Assembly (NCBI GenBank): GCA_044892525.1
Contig: CM097887.1
Span: 101,906,397-101,970,396 of the forward strand
Origin: Schmidtea polychroa
Lineage: Eukaryota
Reading direction: 5' to 3'
Length of the DNA stretch: 64,000 bases
Position 1 is the stretch's first letter. Every line of letters begins with the position of its first letter. This document shows positions 14,348-27,898 of the stretch, one piece after another. The position numbers and the translations under genes are program-made. The notes under the pieces were generated by a model. That model did not search any database and was not told the DNA's origin. It was given only the letters and a program-made list of their open reading frames with translations.

Positions 14348-15212
14348 TGTTGGGGTTCAGTAGGAACCGGAATTAAAGGTTTTGAAATTAAATAATAATT
14401 AATTACTAAAATTAGAATTATAATATAAATAGTATTTAAAAATTACTAAAATTGGAACTAAAATATAAATAGTAATAAATAATTACTAAAAATAGATTTC
14501 TAACAAAAATAGTAATTATTTAAAAATATATAATAAAAATAGTAATTAAATAATTACTATTAATAGAATTAGAATAAATAAATTTATATAAATAGTAGAT
14601 GAAAAATTAGATGAGGGGACGAATTGGAGATAAGTAGATAAGAGAGAAAACCACAGTAGTTAAAAATAGACAAGAAGGAATCAATTGGATTTGGAAAAAA
14701 ACTAATTCTTGTCATTTGATATTCAACCAAACTAATTTGGAAATTTCACATCGTCAAATCTGATTGGAGATTTACAGTAGTTATTAAAATTCCACATCGA
14801 TCGAAAATTAATTTTAACTATTCACGAACTGGAATTATTTATTGCAATATTTTTGGAGTAATTTAGACCAAAGGAAGAAGATTATATTAGTTAGTTTTTT
14901 AGTATCAATATCTAAATAATTATAAATATATATACATATATAGAAGGGTTTATTTGATTAAATAAAAATCTAAATAAGGGAAACCATAACGTCAGCACGT
15001 ATTTTTGTGTTGTTTCGTTATTAATTTTTGTTTGAAAAAGAGTTAACCAATTTCTGGGTTAGCTCCATCGCGTAAAATTTGGTAAACTTCCCTATCTCTT
15101 TTCCGTTCACCTATATCGGGCTGTTGGCGCATTTGGGGCCAGCCTTGATCCTTAGTAATACTCTTTAGGGCGGTTTGTATAACCGTTTTCTGTACTTATA
15201 GAGAGCAGCGTG

Positions 15213-15264
<52 letters not shown>

Positions 15265-15405
15265 GTGTAACTAACCTTTTATTGTTAAATAAATATTTAA
15301 AACATATTTCTTATTTATTTATTTACCTACGCGCATTATAAATTATTTGGAGTCAGATTAGACGTCTTTTGTGTTAGTTCGAATACATACCCATCGAACC
15401 TAACA
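14348..15405 (-). mobile_element. Solo-LTR-like insert, 1058 bp, inside Gypsy pol
   Basis: TGTT...AACA termini with 4-bp TSD taaa (14344-14347 and 15406-15409). Removing it restores the frame SSFDIKIKYRQGTKHANADMLSR. It shares the tctgactcc motif about 50 bp from the 5' end with the inserts at 34421 and 41061. Confidence 0.8.
15214..15262. repeat. (AT)n microsatellite
   Basis: Direct inspection. Confidence 0.9.
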
Positions 15406-15869
15406 TAAAAATAAAATACAGACAAGGGACAAAACACGCTAACGCAGATATGCTATCAAGGAAGACATATAGAACATGTACACAATGTTTATTAATACAC
15501 GAAGATCCAAAGGAGGGCAAGCTAAAGACCAGAAGGATTAATGTGGTAGATAACTACGAGAAGATCGAATAACAAGAGAATAATACAGAGATAAGACAAA
15601 TAAAAGAAGAGATTATCCGAGACGCTTCATTGTAGTTTATTCTAGAATACAGTATAGTGAAGACAAAGGAAAGGAAAATATGAATCCCTGAAGATAGACG
15701 TCACGAGGTGATAAAGACAATCCACAGTTTACTTTTTCATGCGGGAGTCGAAAAAGCGATTTCGTATATGGGAAACAACTATGATATGAAAAATATGAAA
15801 GAAATAGTAAACAAAATAATTAAGGAATGCGAGCCGTGTCAAAGAGTAAACTACAAAAGAGGAAATGAT

Positions 15870-15877
<8 letters not shown>

Positions 15878-15941
<64 letters not shown>
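15878..15941. repeat. (AT)n microsatellite inside Gypsy integrase region
   Basis: Direct inspection; produces the spurious YIYIYI ORFs. Confidence 0.9.
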
Positions 15942-15944
<3 letters not shown>

Positions 15945-16779
15945 TGAAACGTTTAGGAGAAAGAAATATATAGTTACCATAATTGATCAAATTAGTAGAT
16001 ATATAGTACTACGATAATAAGGCAAGATGAAGAGACAATAAAAGAAACTTTCATGTGAGATTGGATATTAAGATTTGGACCACCAATGGAAATCCATATA
16101 GATTTTGGGAAAGAATTCGAATCGAGATTAATATCAGAAATGATAAGGTCGATGGGAATAGAACTTTGCTTTTCAAGTCCATATCATCATAATACGAGCG
16201 GTATCATGGAGATTTAATTCAGAACGATAAGGGACTACATAAATACGTCACTAAAGGAGACGAAAAACAGATTGGACAGAAATATTGCCAGAAATAGAAT
16301 TTACACCGAATGCAACAATACAGAAGTCGATCGGGAAGAGTCCAGTAAAGGTAATATTTGGACGTAAAATATTTAGAGAACGCTGGCACTCAAGGCATGG
16401 ATCGCAAATCAGAAAGTCGAATCTAAAAGAAGGACTTCTCGAATTTTTCGGTCTTTATTCTTTATCAATATCACCTGATGCTCAACTCTTTCCCCATTAA
16501 CCTTATCCGTGATGTGCTTGCCATTAAAATGGAGGCTCCACTCTTCCTTTTGTAATTCCTGTTGATATTGTTTTTTTAGTTTGTCAGCGGCATTGATAGT
16601 TGCCCTGTAAACTCCGGAAACTGATGGCGATGGTATATTTATTATTATACAATGTATATATTTTAGAAGTATGCCAGATAATCTAATCTCAGTTAACATA
16701 TTGGGATCTTGATATTGGTTTTATGCTTTTTAGGGACATACTAAATGAATTAACTCTGTTTTCAGTTTTAGTAAAATTT

Positions 16780-19700
16780 AACGAAGGCCAACATCACGAG
16801 AGAAGAAATCAGAAATTTAGCAAGGGTATATGAGGCACGAGAAGGTTATGATGCAAAAGAACGATTGGATGAAGTTTAGGCAGTAGCTAAATCAACATAT
16901 GCAAACGTTGCTCAAGATAAACAGAAGTAGTGGACTCAAAAATCATCTTTTGATAACAGAATATATTCATGTCGTCAACCAGAAAAGTGTTATCAATATA
17001 GAAATGAAAGAAACGAAAGACAAATTGATAAAGTGAAATCTGTGGCAGAACAATATAATGAAAGGACAACTACTGATCGTAGACCACCACTGTTAGTTTC
17101 AATGAAACATATCGCGAGAAAGGTTTATGATAGATGTTGTGGTTTACCTGAGCCAGCAGAAGAAAGATTAAGACCTGGTCAATGCTTTTGTTGTGGACAA
17201 AGTGATCATATGCGATTTGAGTGTCCGTTGAAGGACAAATGCTTAATATGCTGTAAAGAAGGTCATTTATTTATAATTTGTAATTTGTTAGTAAATTCAA
17301 GAAGTAATACTTAAAGATCGAAACGAAGAGTGTATTGTATGCACGAAGATGACGACGATAGATCAGAAGAATTGATAGAACCAGTCATGCATAATGTTAA
17401 GAGAAAAAAAACCAAGAAGACCCTGTTGTTTACATTTCGTCAGTAGGGTCGAGACAGTAGATGATTATAAAAAACGAAATGTTGTAACGAGGGATGTGAT
17501 GTTTAAGAAGGGTGATGATAGGAAGAGGAGTACGATGGAAATAAATGAATTTTATGATGAAATGCTATGGGATTCAGGAGCTTCAATCAGTGTGATTGGC
17601 AGTCCGACATTGATGGAAAGCAGAGTACGGTTGAGTGGAGTATTTTCAAAAGAAGACGAGAAACCTCTCGGAAGCGTAAATATCTTTGCAAAATGAAACA
17701 AATATCGAGAATTGAATGTTATTATTGTCAAAAAAATTCATCCAGATTTCATAGGAGGGTAGACACCATGAGCATATTTGGCATGGAGCTTAAAGAAGTC
17801 AATAATATTGATGCCGCATTGGTTACTAAGAGATTTACAGATTCTGATCGGTTAGAGTTGGCGTTATCGACGCTCAAGTTGGAAAGAAATTCGAATATCT
17901 AAGTTTAATATCTAAGTTTAGCAACATTTTTATGGTATCGAGTTTTGACTTAGGTCATACAAAAGTAATAACACATGAAATAACCACTTCAGGTCCTCCT
18001 ATTTTACAAAATCCCAGAAGACAACCCATGCATTTAGAAAGCAAAATTGAAGAGTTAGTAAAGAATTTATTAGAAGCTGGAATTGTGAGAAAATGTCAGA
18101 GTCCGTGGAACACACCACTTGTGATAGTTGGAAAACCAGATGGTTCTGTAAGAATGTGCCTAGATTTTAGGTTATTAAATTCAGTCACAGAAAAGTTTTC
18201 ATTTCCGATGCCAGACATGCAGTTGTTATTGGATTGTCTCGGCAAGTCAAAATTATTTTCATCAATTGAGTTAGGTCAGGCCTATTATCAAGTAGAGTTG
18301 CATGAAAATTCCCAAACGAAGACGGCATTTAGTACAAAAGAGGGACAGTTCTGTTTTAACAGGTTACCATTTGGTTTTTCAACAGCCCCTGCCACCTTTC
18401 AGAAATTGATGCATCAGATATTGGAAGGATTAATTTTTAAAGGAGTGGTTGTATATCTTGATGACATTTTAATATATGCAGAAAATAAGTAAACTAATGA
18501 TAAACTTCTATTTGAAGTGTTCACACGAATTAGAGATGCAGGTTTGAAAGTTAATCCTGAGAAATGCAAATAAAAGAAAGATTTCAGAAATTGAAAATGC
18601 AACCGAACCAAAAAGTGTCACAGAATTGAGATCATTCTTAGGTTTAACGAATTATTATCGACGGCTTGTTAGGAATTATTCAATGATAGCAGCATCTTTG
18701 TATGCAGCCACGACAGGTAATGATAAAATGATTGTTTGGAATGAAGAATGTAGAAAAAGTTTTATCAATTTAAAGAAGCACCAATATTAGAATTTCCAAG
18801 GGCAGATCGACTATTTATTATTAATACGGATGCTAGTTTTGGAGCCATAGGTGCAGTTTTATCTCAGATTAAGGAAGACAGTACTGAAGGAGTGATAGCA
18901 TATGGTTCAAGTCATTTGACAACACATGAAATGGGATATTGTGTTACTAGAAAAGAGTTGTTGGCACTCCACGAGTTTATTGTACATTTCAGACAATATT
19001 TATATGGCAGAAGATTTGTAGCCAGAACAGATCACAAGTCATTAGTGTTTATGAACACTACAAAGAAACCAATAAGCCCACAGTTTCAAACATGGATAGC
19101 AAATTTATCTGAATACGATTTTGAGTTACAATATAGGAAGGGAGAAGAACATGGAAATGCAGATGGTATGTCTCGTTTAAATAATACGATATGCGCTCAT
19201 TGTCAGATGAACCACAAGGATGCCAAAGAAACAAAGTGTAGAACTCGGTACATAAATAGTCTACAAGGAAGTTCAAACATTATGGAAATGATTAAACAGA
19301 AGCAAAACGAAGACAAAATTATTTCAGAAATCATATCACATCTTAATGGAAATGAGGCTCATATATCTTATGAAACAATCAGTAGTAATATTTTCAAGTA
19401 TTTAAAAATATTACAGATACAAGAAGACGTATTGATGATTAATACAGATGGGAAAATTGCAGTTGTAGTACCTGGCACGTACGTAAAAACATTTGTAAAT
19501 TATTTTCATGTTGAATTATGCCATCTGGGCATAAAGGAGACCTTATGTTATTTAAAAGATTTTTTCTTTTGGCCATCCATGAATCAGAGTATTACGGAAT
19601 GTATTAATAAATGCAAGATCTGTGCTAGTAGAAAGATTGATCAAGGAAGAACAGAGGAAATCCATTTGCCAAGAACAGGAGAAAGGTTTTTAGAACAGAT

Positions 19701-20480
19701 AGTAGTGGATATTGCATATATGGAAACAAAAGCAAGTAAGAAATATATGATAGTGGTAATAGATCGGTTTAGTAAATTGGTCAATTTATCAGCAACAAGT
19801 ACACAGGATGAATCAACGATTTTGAATGTCATTCTGAATAATTGGATATATCGGTTTGGTAGACCAGAAAGCATTCTTACAGATAGAGGAAGAATTTTTG
19901 AAGGATCAATGTTTCGTGATTGGATGAAAAAATTTGGCATAAAACAAGAATTTAGTTCACCATACCAACATCATTCAAATGGTTTAGCTGAACCAATAAT
20001 AAGAACAGTTCGGGACATGCTGGCAACATCATTGACAGATATTAGAACAGAAAATAATTGGTGCAAATTTTTACCAAAGATTGAATTTAGTTTGAATGCT
20101 ACAGTACAAAACTCGACAAACTTTTCACCTTTTGAAATTGTATATGGTCGGAAGATTAATTTATATTCTAGATTAGGACACATATAAAAAAGCAAAGAAG
20201 AAATTGTAAATAAAACAAAAACAAATTTAGAGAAAGCAGCGACAACAATGAAAAATAGAGATATAGACAAGCGAAGTACTCGGGTATTCATGGTGGGAGA
20301 GGAAGTATTAGTTCGTTTGGAACCACATAGACGAAAGAAGGAGGGAATTCAATATGAGGGACCTTACAAAATTTTAAAATTCTTATCACCAAGACAAGTT
20401 GAATTACAATTTCTAAACTCAATCAAATCAAGAAGAATTGAATCGCTGAAAAGATGCAAAGAAAATGCAGAGGAGGAGAG
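16780..20480 (+). mobile_element. Degenerate Ty3/Gypsy element (gag zinc knuckles, protease, RT, RNase H, integrase)
   Basis: CFCCGQSDHMRFEC and CLICCKEGHLFIIC knuckles; LWDSGASISVI protease; RT with SPWNTPLV, RMCLDFR.LN, LPFG...APATFQ and YLDDILI; RNase H TDAS and TRKELLAL; integrase H-H-C-C, VVDI, TDRG, NGLAE and GPYKI. The purine tract agaggaggagag precedes tgatg at 20481, a possible 3' LTR start. Confidence 0.95.
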
Positions 20481-21994
20481 TGATGTTCAATAATTAATGT
20501 TTATTAATTATATTTGTTTTAATAATACAAAGGACACGTTAAATTAGAAATTTAAATATACTTCATTTATTAATTGTTATTTATTATTATGAGTTGTGAA
20601 GAAATTGTAACTATTTTAATAAATCATTGAAATATTTAATTCTCAGCTGAAAACACCTCACAACTGGAATGAAAAGATAGATTTAATTATTATATTAATT
20701 ATTGATAATTGTCTGGTTAGTTAGGCGAAGGGAAATGTTGATATAATAAATCTAGCAGATATTATTTAAACAACTGACTGGTATATAGTAAAATGAATTA
20801 AACTTCAGGAAATTATCACTACTCTTAGATATGGACAAAGGTGAAAAATGACAGTAAATTTGGAAAGTTTTTGAATAAAGTTTAAAGGGAATTCGAAAAA
20901 AAAGTAATAAAATAATGAAATTTATAATTATTGTTGTGTGCGGAATCACTACAGTTTAATTATTTGTTGTGTAAAAATTTATTATTTCAATTTATCAATA
21001 TTCGTCAAGGGTATCGTTGTCATTTATCTGAACAAGGAGAATCAGACATTGTGAAACCGATTTAGTTTAACTATTAAATTGTTTCTTTATTATTATTTTC
21101 TAAAATACAAAGTATTCCAATTAGAATTTTGTTAAATTTTACCTGTTCTTATTAACTGTTCATTTACTGTATGTGTCAATATGTTATACAGATAAGATCA
21201 TATTTTCAGGGAAAACGTTTATTATTAAAATTATATTTTCTACCCTAAATATCCTAGAGAATATTTACAAAATTATGAATGTAGCAGATTGTATTGAAAG
21301 AAAACTTATCGAACAAATCACTACTTTTATAAAATTTCTTTTATAATGAAAAATATTGAATATTATAATATGTTGGAAAATTTACTAATTAATAGTTTTA
21401 AAACCTATGTTGTGAAAAAAAAACTTAATTGTTAAGAATCTAAAATTTAATTAAAATTAGTTTCTTCCAATAAAAATAGATCAATAAATTTAATATTCTA
21501 TTGCGCTTAAAGTACAAATTTTTTGTTGACTTTATTAAGTATTAATTAATTAATACATTTGAGTTTACTTGAAATGAAAAGTATATAAACTCTCTGTGCC
21601 AAAATAGCCACATTGAAATGTAACAAATAAAAAGGTATTTTGAAATAATTGTTTATATTTTTTTCAAAATATGCTCCTTGAGTGTAATAAGATTAAATAA
21701 CAATAAATAAAAGTTTATTCGTGAAAAATAGACTATATGACATGTGTGTCTACAACACATGTATCATTGGGATGAATAATAAACAATGAAAATCAATCAA
21801 ACATTCATGGCATTCATACATCAGTTACAGGACTCAACATAATACAATATACAACAACGATGTCCAACAGAAATTCGATTGAAGCTACAGTTGTCATTCG
21901 CCACATTAAAAGAAATTTTAAAAAACATGTTTTATTATAAATTTTATGTTTCAATTTTAGAAATTACTAAGGTTTTTTAATAACATTAAAAAAT

Positions 21995-22330
21995 AAGAAA
22001 ATTATTTATTTTGATATTTGGCAATTTTTTTCTAGCATCATGCCTCTGAAATCTGGTGTAAACCACACACTAACAGCACATTTTAAATTTTCATCACTAA
22101 TATTGGATCGGTATTTTGATCATATTTAAGTTCCTGCTGAAAAAGTCGATTCACTAATCCAAGTTGTTATAAGCTAACTCAGTAGTTGAGTTTGACTTTA
22201 AGCTCGTTTGAATTTAAGAGGCGAATCCATATCAATAAAATAGATTCATAGTTTCCAGGATAATCGATCTGGCTTTGAAGTAAAAGTATATCTGCTTCAA
22301 AACCACATCGATCCAAACAAATTCAACGAC
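21995..22330 (-). pseudogene. hAT transposase C-terminal (dimerisation region) relic
   Basis: Translation TTWISESTFSA...SKYRSNISDENLKCAVSVWFTPDF resembles the hAT 'STY.CE..FS...RS.L.DE.L' motif; contains stops. Confidence 0.55.
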
Positions 22331-22334
22331 CTAA

Positions 22335-25300
22335 CTCAGCTCTATCCAATCTATTGCCACGTTGGAACGCAATAAACACATCACAGATATCTTGCACTTG
22401 CCTAATTCAGAACCAATGCACGGAATGATCGAGATAATCTCAACCACATACCCAAACCTCATCACAAAATCCTCTCTGCCATACCACCTACAACCTTATC
22501 GACTCATTATATCCACACATTACTGCATACCACAACACAACCGCGCCAGATCACTCCCACCCATCAAATTCGAATCAGTTAAAGCTGAATTCACCAGTGT
22601 AGAGACTGCAGGCATGTACGCCGTTCATTGTTGGCCTAAGAAACGCAGCTCAGTCCTTACAACGCAGTCCTTACAATTTTTCGGGACGTTCCCACGCTTT
22701 TGCATACCTTAACGATATAATCATAGCATTACCAGACCGCGACATCCACACCAAAGACCAGTACACGGTTCTTAACATATTGAACCGTCATAGCTTACAG
22801 GTCAACGTAAATAAATGCAATTTCTTTTAAAAACGCGTCAGATTCCTTGGTCACATACTCTCATATGCGGGTTGCGCCTTGACGTAATCCGCAGCTTTCC
22901 ATTACCCACCACCGTAACACAACTACATAGTTTTTGTGCATCGTCAATTTCTGTCACAGATTCATAAAAAAACACATCACACATAACGGCACTTCTTTCA
23001 GCACTTAACAAAGGAAAGAAAAACTCCACCAATAACGGGTCCGAAAAACACGTGACGCATTCAACACAGTCAAAGACGTTCTAGTCAAAATTGCAACTCT
23101 TTACAACTCTTGTCATGACCTCCCATTCACCCTCACACAGACGCATCAAATATCGCCGTCGGCACAGTCCTTCATCAAATTAAAGACAATAATTCACTCT
23201 CAATAGAATTTTTTTCTAAAAGATTTTCATCGGCAGAGTTAAAGTACAGTGCATTCGACAGAGAAATACTTGCTATTTTTCTAGCTGTTAAGCATTTTGG
23301 TCACAAAAATGTCCCGGAATTTTCAAAAAAACCGTCTGGTCAGCCTAAATTAAGTCCACATACCACCTACTCCAAAAAATCGCATGGTTCTCATTATTCA
23401 AAGATGTAAAACATTGGGTATCCGAATGTGAAGGCTACCAAAAACGCAAAGTGAACCGACACACTAAATCACCAATCACCTAGTCGGTAAACTACCACCA
23501 GACGACTGGTTTTTTTACATCCCGCCAATAATTGATCGGAAAACACGCTGTTTCGAGGCCGTTCCTGTCTGTGACATCACCGCTCACACGGTCGCACAAG
23601 CTTTAGTATTGTTGGGTTATTGAGTTGATAATAAATTTAAATGTTACTCTGGTAATGTTATACGATCCCCAAATAACACTTGACAACAAAAATCTTTATT
23701 GATAATCACAAATAAACTTTCTCTTTACATTGATAATCAATACAACACTCTGCTTGGTGTCTATACAATGCTTATTACAACACTCAGTGAGGAATAGTAC
23801 TTGCGTATAACACAGAATTAAAAGATCACAAATTACTGATTGGTTTATCAACTAGGACTTTCAGCTGGTTGATTTCTTTGACCTTCTTCACAACTTTATT
23901 CAAATACTCAAATAACTTCTTTTCGTTTTATTTTTCAACTAATTCTTTTATTCAAATCTTCTCCAACAATTATTCTTCAAAATTATTTTATTTACATTTC
24001 TTTTTCACAATCGTTTCTCCAACAACGTTTCGTCCGACGTTGTCTAATTTTTCTCCAATAATTTTATCTCTCAAATTGTCTCACAAATTGTCTTAATTTC
24101 GCGTCACTCCTTTTCTCTCTAATTTTGTCTCCAATTTTGTTCTGATTTCATGTTTACCAGTTTCCCTTTATATAATTATTTTATTTATGGCACTGGCGAC
24201 AGATTTTGTTTTCCCATTTCCATTTTCTTCTGCGTTCACCGCTATGACAGCCTTATCCTCTGACAGATGTCAAGATAGTTTTCCTTTTTTTCCTTTTTTG
24301 TTCAAACGTTTTCTCACAGCAATTACTTTATCACTGGCAGGCTGTCAAGATAAGAATATTGTTGTTTTCCTTTTTTCCAGATTTCAAAATTCCTTTTCCT
24401 TTTTTTACTAATTAATTAGTATTGACCTTGCTTTTTTATTTTCTTGTTTAATTTCTTTTGTTTCCTTCATCTTTCTCATTTTTAATTTCTTTTTACTTCC
24501 GTTTTCTTTTCTGAGTTCCCATAGATCGTCCCGTTTGTTATGGCGATCTTCCCACAGGTAATTTAATTTATTTCTTTATAAATTGTTCTTTAGGTATCCT
24601 CAACAGTATCCACCTGGTTCTAACGTTATGGAATCCCAAAATCTATCATCACTGACCAAGGACCACTATTCAAATCAAATCTTTTTGAACATCTTACATC
24701 CAGCTTTGGCATCAAACTCTTAAGAACCAGCTCCTACCATCTGCAACAAACGGTCTCGTCTAACGCGCTCATCTGACTTTGAAACCATCCGTCAGAATAC
24801 TCTCAACTTTATGGGTCAAAGCGTTACTATTTGTTTTACTATTTGTTTTACAACACACCCAATCGTTCAAACGAAGTGTCTCCTTCACAACTTTTGTCTG
24901 GATCCAATACTTTCATGCCCAACGAACTCATCGATCTTTACTATGACTAACAATTAGACAAGATCGATCTCACACGCAAACTCTTTTTGAGCATAGATAC
25001 CAATCCGTCATTCACATATACCACGTCGTACAAACTATATATACCACATTCTAGTTAGTAACTCACGCATGGATGAGAACAATCGACTCTTCAAACCTCA
25101 AACCCAGATTCATAGGTCCATTCCGCATCATAGAGCTGTACAAAAATACATCGAAACGCAAGATTGACAACAACCACGTCATGGTTTCCATATTAAAACC
25201 ATCTTTTTGCACCCTTGAATACGACGAAATCTTAAGCTATCATATCTCAAAAGACTATAACATAAACGAAGACATATTAGAAGACGTGGAACAACTGACA

Positions 25301-25470
25301 GCTCTACCATACACACCAAATGTGCAACGCTTTAAAATTTTCAACGCTTTCCCTTCCAGACGAACACGTAAACTCTCTCAATACCTCTCAGATTATAAAC
25401 TTCAGTGACTGCCTCCACCGTTATCATCGCCTTTATCTTTTGATACGCTCCGCGTACTTCGGTGGGGTCT
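22335..25470 (+). mobile_element. Highly degenerate Ty3/Gypsy pol of a different lineage, interrupted by a solo-LTR-like insert
   Basis: PPIKFESVKAEF, VNVNKC...RFLGH, TDASNIAVGTVLHQ, YSAFDREILAIFLAVKHF, TSSYHLQ and KPRFIGPFRII fragments; ggtgggg followed by tgtag at 25473 is a possible PPT and 3' LTR start. Confidence 0.85.
23610..24605 (+). mobile_element. Solo-LTR-like insert, 996 bp
   Basis: tgttgggtt...taggtatcctcaaca termini; 4-bp TSD gtat; clearly homologous to 41061-42000. Confidence 0.88.
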
Positions 25471-27898
25471 ATTGTAGTGACTCTGACTTCCACATTAATA
25501 AAAATATCAACTTAATAATTAAACTTAAAATATATTATTAAATTAATTAATTAAAAATTATTGTTTAAATATTCTTTTCTTTCAAGAAAACGTTAAAAAA
25601 AACAATTCATGCATCATTCGACATCTCAAACGTTAACTCTCGTCAAAATCAATAAAAAAAATATTCCAAACATTCGAGAAGCTGACGCCTTTGTTTTTCT
25701 AGCTTAGAAATTTTCCTTAGAATACTAATTCACAATTTCAGTGATTCTCATGATAAAGTTCGTTACGAGAGTCGGTCTGACCAATCCGTATTTGATTGCC
25801 AAAAGGAGTTAATGAACAAAGTTATTCCAGATAAAGATTCCAATACTTTCACATCGTATGATACTGGAGTCTACACGCCCAAATGCAAGTTCATCAACAA
25901 TCTCAGAACAATCGCCAGATCAAGTGTCCATGCTTTCGTGGGAACATTGACTGCTGGAGCAAATATTTCTATGATCGCTTTCAATGTCGTTGTCAATAAA
26001 AACTTTATGCAAATTAGTTTCATGTCTCTACATTTTGTCAAAAGTCAAAATTCAAAAAGTAATACCTAAAGTTTGTTAATATATTAACCATTACACATAA
26101 AAGGACTACGTGCAAATACAATTATATTAGTACCATGGCCTAAATGAATGTCGTTATTAAATTGTAATAAAAAATTGTAACTGTGTACAACTTAAATTAT
26201 TAAAGTAGTCTAATTATATTTGTTAACTTGTATATATTAAAAAAATATATTATGAAAATTTTCGAAAAATAAAATAAACATTCAGAATTAAAGATTTTGA
26301 ATTGAAATTAAGTCAAAAAAACGAAAATTGGAAACCAATTCAAAATTTATTGTAAAATGAATGAAAAATGTATTGCTAATGAACCGCATTGAAATTTCAT
26401 TAATGTAATTTTTAAACAAGTTCAGTTCACAGAATTTCATATAGAAAATTATTTTCTTTCTTTAATCAATACGATTTAAACAAAATTAATCCACATCAAT
26501 TGAAGTTTAATGAATTTCAATTGGTTTAAATTTCAAAGTTCCGTGCCGTTTGTGAATTAATTTGGCGTTTCAACTTTTGTTTACGATTAATTCGATGTCG
26601 TACGATATTGTATAATGAATTTTATTCTATTTCTCTCGTCGATTTAATCAAAATTATTCATGTTAGAAAGTTTTACTAAATTTGTTATTCAAGGAATGAA
26701 ATACTAAATTATCGATTTATTTATCGGATAAAAAACTAATAAAAAACTATGAAAACTTTTACAGTAAATATATTGTATAAAATTTTGAACCCTTCGTAGT
26801 ATTTCAGCATTATTAAGTAGCGCTAAATATACTAAAGATTTTCCGAAATTTATTATTAAAACAAACTGCCAAATAATGCTTGGATAATTAAAAAATGTGT
26901 TCAAAAAATTTTAAAAAGCGATGACAACATACAAAAATCATTCAAATACTATTTAATATATAATATTATAAATTTAGTAAACATATTTAAATTAAAGATA
27001 ATATTGTTATTATTATTTGCTTTTATTTTTTAATATAAAAATTTCACAAATAAATTAATAGTATCAAACTATATTTTAGAAGTCACAAAAATTTAAAACG
27101 CTAACCACATTTCAATATATACATAGGAGCGTGAATGTAGGAAAGACCAGGGGCCACTTAAAAACAAAGCAAAAATAATACATGTTAACCACATTTTTAA
27201 ATAAAAATTATTATGTACTATTAAAATTTGAATGTAATAATTAATAAATACAATGTCAATTAAAAATAAGTTCATACAAAACAATAATAATCACAAAGTT
27301 TTAAACCAATTGTTGAACACATATAAAAGTATAACTATAATTAATCATAGTACTACGTATTATGAGTAACAATTAGAAAGTTGAACAAAAAATCAGAATT
27401 TTGCTTGAAATTACAGATGTAAAAATATTGAAATAACTTTTTGTTTCTTGCTTTTCGTTTTGCATACTTATTATCTCATCACAATCAATAACTTTAAATA
27501 AATCGTTAGCTATATATAAAACAGCCATATTATTTAGTATTTCCTCTGACTTTAAATTTCTTAGGTAATTTTTACTCTTTAGACAAGAAAATGAACGTTT
27601 ATAAACATATCAGGTTTTACCGCCGATTGTAAACTTGTATATAATTAAAATTACGCGTATGAAACCAAACTTGGTGGTAATAGAAAAAAGAGAAAATTAA
27701 GGTTCTTCAAGGCCCTTCAGAAGTGTGTATGTAAATCTATTTTCCTTTTTCACCCTTTACCTGGAGTCCTTGAATAGTTAATAATGATATAATAATATAA
27801 TGAAAATTCATGCATTCCATTTTAAATATAAATATCAAAAGTGCAAATGATAAAATTTTTGTTAACTAAAGTTCACAGAGTATTTTTTAAATAAAATT

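Larger units (their letters stand above)
13180..16440 (+). mobile_element. Degenerate Ty3/Gypsy retrotransposon pol (RT-RNase H-integrase), interrupted by a 1058-bp insert
   Basis: Fragments VRLCLDFRQLN, FYQVEL..ES.ERTAF, EKCHILKKEVKFLGH, ILESD.S...IGGVLSQ, YC.TRKELLAI, HANADMLSR, the H-H-C-C zinc-binding region and SPYHHNTSG; many stops and frameshifts. Confidence 0.9.

Noticed and set aside
15708-15980. ORFs with YIYIYI repeats
   Set aside because: These are translations of an (AT)n microsatellite; only the N-terminal part of 15708 is real integrase relic.
23869-24411. Phe/Ser-rich ORFs inside solo-LTR-like inserts (also 34661-34924, 45526-45840)
   Set aside because: Chance ORFs in T-rich repeat sequence, not conserved between family copies.
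25650-26090. ORF 25812-26069 or minus-strand exon
   Set aside because: No recognisable motif and no consistent splice partners, so it cannot be supported as coding.
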